Source: Fidelibacterota bacterium | Lineage (GTDB): Bacteria; Fidelibacterota; Marinisomatia; SCGC-AAA003-L08; JACNLC01 | Assembly (NCBI GenBank): GCA_018657495.1 | Contig: JABHXA010000001.1 | Coordinates: 122,016-186,015 of the forward strand | Direction of reading: 5' to 3' | DNA: 64,000 nucleotides | Part shown: piece by piece, positions 28,452 to 35,857 of the stretch | Position numbering within the stretch: the stretch's first letter is position 1 | How the letters are laid out: each line of letters begins with the position of its first letter | Translations under genes and position numbers: made by a program | Notes under the pieces: generated by a model | Database searches by the model: none | Told to the model about the DNA's origin: nothing | What the model saw: the letters and a program-made list of their open reading frames with translations, nothing else

Positions 28452-29921
28452 TCACGTTACCAAACCATTTTCAGCAAAATCTATTGCTGCATTTATGGCT
28501 TTTGCTTTGTTGATACATTCATTGTATTCTTTCTCAGGGTCAGAATCGTGCACAATCCCTGCCCCGGCTTGAAAATAAGCAATGCCATCCTTAACCACCA
28601 TAGTTCTGATGGCAATACAGGTATTCATATTACCACAGAAATCGACAAAACCAACAGCTCCGCCATATATATTCCTCTTGGCTTTTTCTAAATTATGAAT
28701 AATTTCCATTGCCCTGATTTTTGGTGCACCCGTCAAAGTTCCTGCCGGAAAGCCACTTAATAATGCATCAATTAAATCTACATCCTGTCTTTTCTTTCCG
28801 TGGATTTCAGAAATTATATGCATAACATGAGAATATTTTTCTACCTGCATGAATTCATGAACTTTTACGGTTCCAAATTTGGAAACTTTCCCCACATCGT
28901 TTCTGCCCAAGTCAACAAGCATCAGGTGCTCGGCGCATTCCTTTTTATCTGCAAGCAGCTCATTTTCTAATAAATGGTCCTCCTGTTCGCTGTTTCCCCG
29001 GTGACGCGTGCCTGCAATAGGCCGTAAAATTATTGTGTTATCTTCTACTTTTACAAGCAATTCAGGTGAGGCGCCAATTATTGCCCAATCATCAATTTTA
29101 ATATAAAATAAATATGGCGACGGATTAATAGATCTCAAGGCTCGATAGATATCCACAGGTTTGGCATTTGTTTTCCTTTGGAATCTCTGGCTCAGTACCA
29201 CCTGAAAAATATCACCGGATTTTATATGGTCTTTGGCCTGTTTAACAACGTCAGTAAATTCTTCAAGTGTCGTTTCAAATTTAATTTTACTTCTCTTTAG
29301 TTTGACTGGACTCTGATAATCAATATCTGTATGGAGGTCATCTCCCAGTTCATCAATTCTCTGATTTGCTTTTGCATAGGCTTTCGGCAAATCATCTGTT
29401 TCAGTGTTGACATTACTAAATACAATAATTCTATTTTTTAAATGATCAAAAACGATGATATCCTCATAAACCATGAATACGGAATCCGGCACACCCAGTT
29501 CATCGGTATCGTAAATTGGAATATCCTCATTTAAACGGATGCATTCATATCCCAAATACCCCACAACCCCACCGGTAAACCCGGGAAATCCACTGATCTG
29601 ACAGCTGCTGTATGAGCTTACCAGGGTCCTAAGGTTATCTAAATATGAATTTGGACTTTCATAATTGAGATTATTTTCTGTGATTGTGGTTTTATTGTCG
29701 GCAAAATTGATTATCTTCTGGGGATTTCTTCCAATATAGGAATATCTTGAAAACCGAGTTCCTTTTTCAACTGATTCAAATAGAAAAGAATATTTTGAGT
29801 TTTGGGACAATCTCAAATAGGCCGAAATCGGCGTCAGTAAATCTGCAAGAATCTGCTTATATACCGGAACCATTTTATGCTTTCCGGCAAGTAATAAAAA
29901 TTCAGAATAAGTCATATCCAT
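28452..29921 (-). CDS. trpE: anthranilate synthase component I
   Basis: 489 aa with an N-terminal Trp-feedback region (LFESVE), GAPK.RAMEII, and the GGAVGY-type motif reading GGAVGF here. Confidence 0.95.
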   Translation of the reverse strand: MDMTYSEFLLLAGKHKMVPVYKQILADLLTPISAYLRLSQNSKYSFLFESVEKGTRFSRYSYIGRNPQKIINFADNKTTITENNLNYESPNSYLDNLRTLVSSYSSCQISGFPGFTGGVVGYLGYECIRLNEDIPIYDTDELGVPDSVFMVYEDIIVFDHLKNRIIVFSNVNTETDDLPKAYAKANQRIDELGDDLHTDIDYQSPVKLKRSKIKFETTLEEFTDVVKQAKDHIKSGDIFQVVLSQRFQRKTNAKPVDIYRALRSINPSPYLFYIKIDDWAIIGASPELLVKVEDNTIILRPIAGTRHRGNSEQEDHLLENELLADKKECAEHLMLVDLGRNDVGKVSKFGTVKVHEFMQVEKYSHVMHIISEIHGKKRQDVDLIDALLSGFPAGTLTGAPKIRAMEIIHNLEKAKRNIYGGAVGFVDFCGNMNTCIAIRTMVVKDGIAYFQAGAGIVHDSDPEKEYNECINKAKAINAAIDFAENGLVT

Positions 29922-30060
29922 TAGATTAATTCATTTTTAGTTTTCAAAATTTTCATTTTGCTCTGTATGCATACATACCATTGCTAATTATTAAGTTTTA
30001 TATCAAACTGTCAAAAAGACAAAGGCCTCTTTCTTATACCAGTGAATCGATTAATCTTAT

Positions 30061-30089
30061 AAACAAAAAACCCCGCTTTATTTGCGGGG
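30061..30089 (-). terminator. intrinsic terminator in the trpE 5' leader (attenuator terminator)
   Basis: The minus strand reads GGACCCCGC-AAATAAA-GCGGGG followed by TTTTTTGTTT. It lies between the leader ORF (30123..30170) and the trpE ATG (29921). No minus-strand gene upstream could own it, because the next gene (30312) is on the plus strand. Confidence 0.75.
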
Positions 30090-30122
30090 TCCAATTCACC
30101 TTATACAATTCCAGGTGGATTA

Positions 30123-30170
30123 TTAACCCTTGAAACACTGCCACCAGAAATCATCTTTTTTGTATTGCAT
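30123..30170 (-). CDS. trpL: trp operon leader peptide (15 codons, tandem Trp codons)
   Basis: Below the ORF-track size cutoff. The minus strand reads ATG CAA TAC AAA AAA GAT GAT TTC TGG TGG CAG TGT TTC AAG GGT TAA, giving MQYKKDDFWWQCFKG. The TGG TGG pair is at 30146..30141. The terminator hairpin starts about 30 nt after the stop. Confidence 0.6.
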   Translation of the reverse strand: MQYKKDDFWWQCFKG

Positions 30171-30311
30171 TGTAGTTAATTTAATAAATCAGGAGAACTA
30201 AAAACAAAATAATTTCGATTGGGGCTGCCTTATCTAAACCGATAAATTATCCATTTGTAATATGACAAATTATAGAAAATCTAAATTCAATAATTAAGAA
30301 TCAGAACACCT

Positions 30312-31319
30312 ATGAATAAATATATCAATATCTGGCTTTTTTCAGCATGTATTCTAATTATCACCATGGTAGTTATTGGGGGCATTACCAGACTTACCCA
30401 TTCTGGTCTGTCCATGGTTCAGTGGAAACCCGTATCCGGAAGTATCCCGCCGCTGAATGAAACTGATTGGCAGGTTGAGTTTGACCATTACAAACAATAT
30501 CCCGAATACAAACTCATAAATAATAAAATGACACTTGATGAATTCAAATCCATATTCTTCTGGGAATACATTCATCGAATGATTGGTCGTTTTCTCGGTT
30601 TATTATTTGTGATTCCATTTTGTATTTTTTATTACAAGAAAATGATTCCCGATAAACTTTATCCAAATCTTTTTATTATGTTTGGACTTGGATTCCTACA
30701 GGGATTAATGGGCTGGTATATGGTTAAAAGCGGATTGGCTGATAATCCACATGTCAGTCATTACAGGCTGGCGGCACATTTCCTACTCGCTGTCGCTCTT
30801 GTTGGATATATATTCTGGACCATTTTGGATTTCAATTATAAAAAAATAAAATTTCCTGTGAATTCTGGACTACTAAAGTATAGTATAATAATTTCGGTAA
30901 TCATTGTACTTCAAATGATATACGGCGCTTTTACAGCTGGCCTTAAGGCAGGGTTTGCCTGGAATACTTTCCCATTGATGAACGGACTCTGGATTCCAGA
31001 TGGACTCTTTTCTCTAAATCCTGTCTGGAAAAATCTGGTGGAAAATAATATGACCGTTCAGTTCATTCATCGATATGTTGGGATTCTCATTCTGACAATT
31101 GTTAGCGGCCTGCTGCTTAAGGTACGAAAACAACCGGAAAACTATCATATAAAAAAACCAGTAACTCGTTTAGCGATTATCGTCTGGATTCAGGTCATTC
31201 TGGGCATTAGTACTTTACTAATGTTTACCCCTGTCTGGATGGCGGTTGTTCACCAGGTACTTGCTGTCTTACTTTTTTTATCCTCATTGCATCTTATCTG
31301 GACATTAAAGCAAAATTAG
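30312..31319 (+). CDS. ctaA: heme A synthase (COX15/CtaA family)
   Basis: 335-aa polytopic membrane protein with ITRLTHSGLSMVQWKP, EYIHRMIGR and conserved His pairs (HR..G, HQ..A). Confidence 0.85.
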   Translation: MNKYINIWLFSACILIITMVVIGGITRLTHSGLSMVQWKPVSGSIPPLNETDWQVEFDHYKQYPEYKLINNKMTLDEFKSIFFWEYIHRMIGRFLGLLFVIPFCIFYYKKMIPDKLYPNLFIMFGLGFLQGLMGWYMVKSGLADNPHVSHYRLAAHFLLAVALVGYIFWTILDFNYKKIKFPVNSGLLKYSIIISVIIVLQMIYGAFTAGLKAGFAWNTFPLMNGLWIPDGLFSLNPVWKNLVENNMTVQFIHRYVGILILTIVSGLLLKVRKQPENYHIKKPVTRLAIIVWIQVILGISTLLMFTPVWMAVVHQVLAVLLFLSSLHLIWTLKQN

Positions 31320-31345
31320 AAATATTTGTATAAAGAAAATCATAA

Positions 31346-31406
31346 TTGTACCAATCATTTGTACATAGTCATTTTATTTTTGTAATTTGTACTTTGCCAT
31401 TGTACA
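31346..31406. promoter_or_regulatory. four TTGTAC repeats upstream of the antitoxin gene (candidate autoregulatory operator)
   Basis: TTGTAC occurs at 31346, 31359, 31387 and 31400. That is two pairs with 13-bp spacing, 41 bp apart. Two copies extend to the palindrome TGTACA. The last copy ends 18 nt before the ATG at 31424. Confidence 0.45.
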
Positions 31407-31423
31407 ATTAAAGGAGTTTTTTC

Positions 31424-31654
31424 ATGGACACTATTGCTGTTAGTGAGTTAAGAGCCAATTTGATGAAAGTTCTCGAACGAGTAAATAATGGTGACCATAT
31501 CCAGATTACATCCAGAGGGAAGGTAATTGCCCAGCTTATGCCGTCTGAAAATATCCGGGAAAAGGCAAAGGCAAGACTATTAACATTGAGTAAAACTGCT
31601 AAAATAATTGATGTTATGAATCCAATTGATGAAACATGGGATGTTTTCTCCTAA
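31424..31654 (+). CDS. type II antitoxin, Phd/YefM family
   Basis: 76 aa. The start MDTIAVSELRANLMKVLERV..G..I.ITSRGK is typical of Phd/YefM. The stop overlaps the toxin ATG (TAATG). Confidence 0.85.
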   Translation: MDTIAVSELRANLMKVLERVNNGDHIQITSRGKVIAQLMPSENIREKAKARLLTLSKTAKIIDVMNPIDETWDVFS

Positions 31655-32049
31655 TGATTACACTTGATACACATGTTATTATCTGGGATGCTTTAAAACC
31701 TGAAAAAATCAGCCCAAAAGCAAGGGAGGTCATTAATCTGGCAAATGACAGTGGTGAAATAATTATTGTCGATATATCTTTATGGGAAATTGCCATGCTC
31801 ATGAAAAAGAAACGGCTAAAAGTTGATGTGCATTATAATGATTTTATCAAATTGATTCGTGAAGCAAATAGTTATGTGGTTCAATCCATCACAGCTGAGA
31901 TTGCCGAACGGTCTGTTTCAATTTTTTCGCAGATAGCTGTTGATCCTGTGGAAAGTATAATTTGTGCTGTATCCCAAATATTGAATGCTCCCCTGGTCAC
32001 CGCTGATACGAATCTTGGGAATTCAGATAGTATTAAAACAATATGGTAA
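31654..32049 (+). CDS. vapC: type II toxin, PIN-domain ribonuclease (VapC family)
   Basis: The ORF track starts at 31636. I prefer ATG 31654 (MITLDTHVIIW), the usual PIN N-terminus carrying the first acidic residue. Further acidic residues lie in WEIAML and the C-terminal TAD. Confidence 0.8.
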   Translation: MITLDTHVIIWDALKPEKISPKAREVINLANDSGEIIIVDISLWEIAMLMKKKRLKVDVHYNDFIKLIREANSYVVQSITAEIAERSVSIFSQIAVDPVESIICAVSQILNAPLVTADTNLGNSDSIKTIW

Positions 32050-32058
32050 ATCCACAGT

Positions 32059-32520
32059 TTAAAAATTAATCTCTGTCAATTTCATTTTTGATTTATTACT
32101 TGTTATCATTTTATGAAATTGAAATAGTCCTGTTTTCTGCTGATCCCATAACATAATTTCGCCCGCCTCAATAACGGGGCACCATTTATATTCAACATGC
32201 TCTGAAGACAACTTAACTGTTTTTTCAGTAACCATAACTCCAAATACTGGTATAAGATTCATTCGATCTTTAACTGCTTCATAATAATGATTTACCCGAT
32301 CAACTGACCACAATTTCACCGGAACCAGTCCTGTTTCCTCATTGAGCTCACGAATTGCTGTTTCGTACGGTTTTTCATTTGGTTCAATCTTTCCAGTAAC
32401 GCATTGCCAGATCCCCGGGTAAATCTGATTCTCAGATCTCTTCAACATCAGGTATAAGGGTTCTCCCTTTTGAAGGATGAAAATATGACAGTCAATTACG
32501 CGTACACAAATATCTGTCAA
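32059..32520 (-). CDS. NUDIX hydrolase, NudB-like (possible dihydroneopterin triphosphate diphosphatase)
   Basis: 153 aa. The Nudix box is GKIEPNEKPYETAIRELNEETGL. The strings IWQCVTGK and EHVEYKW resemble E. coli NudB (FWQSVTGS, EHLAYKW), recalled from memory. It overlaps tgt by 4 nt. Confidence 0.55.
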   Translation of the reverse strand: MTDICVRVIDCHIFILQKGEPLYLMLKRSENQIYPGIWQCVTGKIEPNEKPYETAIRELNEETGLVPVKLWSVDRVNHYYEAVKDRMNLIPVFGVMVTEKTVKLSSEHVEYKWCPVIEAGEIMLWDQQKTGLFQFHKMITSNKSKMKLTEINF

Positions 32521-33650
32521 CTTTCCCCACCTTCATATAAATCCAAAAATTGTCGCGACCACGGCGTGAAGTTATCATTTAATATTTCCATCCTCATAGT
32601 TTTCATCAATTGAGTGTAGAAATAGAGATTATGCTGGGTTGCAATTCTTAAACCTAACACCTCATTTATTTTAAATAGATGGTGAAGATATGCCTTGCTA
32701 AATGATTTTGACATAGGTGATGCGCTATTCGAATCAATCTCGGAGAAGTCATTTTTATATTTCGCATTCCTGATATTCACTTTACCAGTGCTGGTGAATA
32801 ATTGACCGTTCCGGGCATTTCTAGTGGGCATGACACAATCAAACATATCAATCCCCCTTGAAACACATCTCACCAGATCAGCAGGGGTACCTACACCCAT
32901 GAGATAGCGCGATTTTTCCATCGGCAGTAATTCACCCATCAATTGAGTTGTATCCAGCATATCATTTTTGGATTCGCCTACTGCCAATCCTCCAACAGCA
33001 TATGCCTGTGCATCCAACGACATTAATTCTTCAGCAGACTGTTTTCTCAGTTCATGATCGGTGCCGCCTTGAACAATGGGTAATAAAACCTGGTGAAAGC
33101 CATAGTGGCCCTCTGTTTCTGAATAGTACTTCATAGCCTTTTTAGCCCATTGTGTGGTCTTGTTTAGCGCATCAATCCACGTTGCCCGATCGGCATCACC
33201 TGGGGGACAAATATCCAACATCATCATAAAGTCTGAACCAATAACCCTTTGAGTCTCGACGACACTTTCAGGTGTAAAATGATGTTTTGATCCATCAATA
33301 TGTGATTGAAATGTGACACCATCGTCAGTAATTTTTCTTAAACCTGAAAGACTAAAAACCTGAAACCCTCCTGAATCTGTGAGAATAGACCCATCCCAGT
33401 TCATGAAATTATGAAGTCCTCCAACGGCCTTCAGTACTTCCACTCCCGGTCTGAGATATAGATGGTATGTATTGCTCAGGAGGATTTTACTCAATTGGGA
33501 AATTTCGTTTGAGGATTGTGTTTTTACTGCCCCCACTGTTCCCACCGGCATAAAAAAGGGTGTCTCAATTTTGCCGTGATCAGTGGTCACAAAACCGGCT
33601 CGTGCTGAAGAATTAGGATCTGTTTTTATCAGCTGGAATATAGAATTCAA
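32517..33650 (-). CDS. tgt: queuine tRNA-ribosyltransferase (tRNA-guanine transglycosylase)
   Basis: 377 aa with FMPVGT, TDSGGFQV, LMGVGTPADL and DMFDCVMPTRNARNG. Confidence 0.95.
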   Translation of the reverse strand: MNSIFQLIKTDPNSSARAGFVTTDHGKIETPFFMPVGTVGAVKTQSSNEISQLSKILLSNTYHLYLRPGVEVLKAVGGLHNFMNWDGSILTDSGGFQVFSLSGLRKITDDGVTFQSHIDGSKHHFTPESVVETQRVIGSDFMMMLDICPPGDADRATWIDALNKTTQWAKKAMKYYSETEGHYGFHQVLLPIVQGGTDHELRKQSAEELMSLDAQAYAVGGLAVGESKNDMLDTTQLMGELLPMEKSRYLMGVGTPADLVRCVSRGIDMFDCVMPTRNARNGQLFTSTGKVNIRNAKYKNDFSEIDSNSASPMSKSFSKAYLHHLFKINEVLGLRIATQHNLYFYTQLMKTMRMEILNDNFTPWSRQFLDLYEGGES

Positions 33651-33668
33651 ATAATATTCAGACTATAG

Positions 33669-35474
33669 TTAAGTGGATATATGTTTATGGAGAAATGATT
33701 CCATTGCTCGATAGAAATCAAAAATATTCTCTTCATTCTGGAAGCCGTGACCTTCATTATCCTTCACCATGTATTCAATTTCAATCCCTCGTTCTTTAAG
33801 GGCATTTACCATTTGGTCAGACTCATTCTTTTTCACTCTAGGGTCATTTGCACCCTGGGCAATAAATAATGGTGTCTTAATTTTATCTGCATGTTTTGCC
33901 GGGGAGTATTTCTCAAACATTTCCCTGTCTTTTTCAGGATGCCCGACCATTTCATACATCATTTCAAGGTATTGTTTCCAATACGGCGGGATCGTCTCAA
34001 GAAATGTAAACAAATTAGAAACACCCACAAAATCTATAGCACAGGCATATACATCCGGTGTTTTTACAATTGCAGATAATGTGGCATAACCACCGTAACT
34101 GCCACCAAAAATTGCCAATTTATCAGGATCTGCAATTCCCCTGTCAATCAAATATTGAACACCGTCAGTAATATCATCCTGCATGGTCTGGCCCCATTGT
34201 TTGAAGCTAGCCTTCAGGAATGATTTTCCGTAACCGGTAGAACCCCTGAAATTCATTTGGAATACAGCAAATCCCCTATTAACAAGAAACTGAATTGCAG
34301 GATTATATCCCCATGCATCGCGATGCCAGGGTCCACCATGTGGATGCACAACAACCGGAAGCTTCTCAGCTTTTTTATCATTTGGCACAGAGAGATACCC
34401 ATGAATTACCAAACCGTCTCTCGAGGTGTATTTTATCGGTTTCATTTCCGCCATATCGTTTTCTGACAGCCAGGGCGTTAAGTCAAAAAGTTTGGTAAGT
34501 GTCCAGGATTTTAAATCGCAATAATAATATGCTCCGAGGGTTCGATCGCTTCCTGAATGTACAGTACAAGAGTTTTCTTCTCGGTCAAAAGACGTTACTG
34601 AATTTTCATATCCAGGTAATTTATCATCAAGAAAATTCTGAAGTTTTTCTCTTTCGTCATCAAAAAAGTGATAATGCAGACGGTCAGTATAGTATGATAC
34701 ACCCGTAATTAATTTTCGTTTTTTTGAAATCATCAAACGGGAAATATCCACTTCATCATGCTCATAGATCAACAATGTTTCTTTACCTGTTCTCAAATCG
34801 TAGGTGAATAGGGAGGATTTATCACTATTGACATTTGAGCTGACATAAATGGATTGATTATCAAATGTGAAAAAGAGTGGAATGGCATTTTCAACAAAAT
34901 TGTATGTCGCCACTGTTTTCCAGGTGAATGCCTCGGTTTCCCTAAAAAGAATACTATTATTTACACCGTCAGTTGTAACACATAATCGCAACTTTCCATC
35001 ATGATCTGTAAACCACTGCGATATATTTCCTGGATTTTCAGCGATCAAATCCAATTGGCCATTTTGAACATTTAATCGATAAACATCAAAAAATTCTTTT
35101 TTTCTTTTATTCATTTGAATCAGCACATGATCATCGTCATTTTCAAGTTCATCTACAATATCACATTTCACATCCTTGAAAGGAGTGAGATCCAAATTAT
35201 TAGTCCCATCTATCCCAACAGAGTAGAGACGAGTGTTTTCATCACCTCCTGTATCTTTTAAATAAATAAGCCGATCATTGTTACACCAGGTATACCCTTG
35301 AATATCCCGATCAATTCCGTGGGTCAACTGATTTACTTCCCCATCGGGTAGAGCTTTTACGAATAAGTTCATCCGTCGCTTATGTGGTGCAAGATAGGCA
35401 AGGGTTTTCCCATCGGGCGACAATTCGATATTGATTTTTTCAGGTTTTCTGAATAAATCTTCAATGGTGATCAT
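33669..35474 (-). CDS. S9-family serine peptidase (prolyl oligopeptidase / dipeptidyl aminopeptidase type)
   Basis: The ORF is open to 35540. ATG 35474 (MITIEDLFRKPE) looks like the more natural start. It has an N-terminal beta-propeller and a C-terminal alpha/beta hydrolase domain with the nucleophile elbow GGSYGGY plus ANDPRV and GHGF. No signal peptide. Confidence 0.85.
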   Translation of the reverse strand: MITIEDLFRKPEKINIELSPDGKTLAYLAPHKRRMNLFVKALPDGEVNQLTHGIDRDIQGYTWCNNDRLIYLKDTGGDENTRLYSVGIDGTNNLDLTPFKDVKCDIVDELENDDDHVLIQMNKRKKEFFDVYRLNVQNGQLDLIAENPGNISQWFTDHDGKLRLCVTTDGVNNSILFRETEAFTWKTVATYNFVENAIPLFFTFDNQSIYVSSNVNSDKSSLFTYDLRTGKETLLIYEHDEVDISRLMISKKRKLITGVSYYTDRLHYHFFDDEREKLQNFLDDKLPGYENSVTSFDREENSCTVHSGSDRTLGAYYYCDLKSWTLTKLFDLTPWLSENDMAEMKPIKYTSRDGLVIHGYLSVPNDKKAEKLPVVVHPHGGPWHRDAWGYNPAIQFLVNRGFAVFQMNFRGSTGYGKSFLKASFKQWGQTMQDDITDGVQYLIDRGIADPDKLAIFGGSYGGYATLSAIVKTPDVYACAIDFVGVSNLFTFLETIPPYWKQYLEMMYEMVGHPEKDREMFEKYSPAKHADKIKTPLFIAQGANDPRVKKNESDQMVNALKERGIEIEYMVKDNEGHGFQNEENIFDFYRAMESFLHKHIST

Positions 35475-35551
35475 ATGTTTCCCCGTTACGTTGAAAGGTG
35501 GTTTCTGGTGGGCCAGCGTATCAAAAATGATGCAAAACACCCATTAGATAA

Positions 35552-35812
35552 TTATTTTTCCGTTTTCTTTTTTACCGCTGGTTTTTTCTTTGCTACTGGT
35601 TTCTTTGTTGGTTTTTCGGCAGTCTTTTTTACTGCTGGTTTTTTCTTTACTACTGGTTTCTTTGCTGGTTTTTCGGCAATCTTTTTTACCGGTTTTGGTT
35701 TGGTCGTTTCGGTCTTCTTCCCTGCTTTAGCCCGGGATTCACGAATTTTATTTTTTAATCGTTCACGGTTTTTTCTATGTTTAAATTTTGAAAGCTTATC
35801 TTTTTTGTTCAT
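35552..35812 (-). CDS. small lysine-rich basic protein with AKKP/KKPA repeats (histone H1-like / nucleoid-associated candidate)
   Basis: 86 aa, roughly 40% Lys. The C-terminal half is two 19-aa repeats (AEKPAKKPVVKKKPAVKKT / AEKPTKKPVAKKKPAVKKKT). Minus-strand neighbours on both sides support this strand over the antisense F/G-rich ORF. Confidence 0.55.
   Translation of the reverse strand: MNKKDKLSKFKHRKNRERLKNKIRESRAKAGKKTETTKPKPVKKIAEKPAKKPVVKKKPAVKKTAEKPTKKPVAKKKPAVKKKTEK
35567..35695. repeat. 57-bp tandem repeat (about 2.25 copies) inside the Lys-rich gene
   Basis: Units start at 35567, 35624 and 35681 (CTTTTTTACYGCTGGTTTTTTCTTTRCTACTGGTTTCTTTGYTGGTTTTTCGGCARt). The two full copies differ at about 4 positions. 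Confidence 0.9.
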
Positions 35813-35857
35813 AATTTACTTCTTTACTTTTTATTTGTGTTACTTAGTTTAAGTGCA

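Noticed and set aside
35567-35695. Tandem 57-bp repeats considered as a possible CRISPR-like or minisatellite array
   Set aside because: The repeats are directly adjacent with no spacers, are in-frame (19 codons) and lie within a coding region. This is a protein-coding tandem duplication, not a CRISPR array.
35475-35852. 125-aa plus-strand ORF encoding an F/G-rich repeat protein
   Set aside because: It is the mirror image of the Lys-rich repeat gene (AAA/AAG read as TTT/CTT). It overlaps the 5' end of the S9 peptidase ORF and is the only plus-strand reading in a long minus-strand run. Residual uncertainty is noted in the findings.
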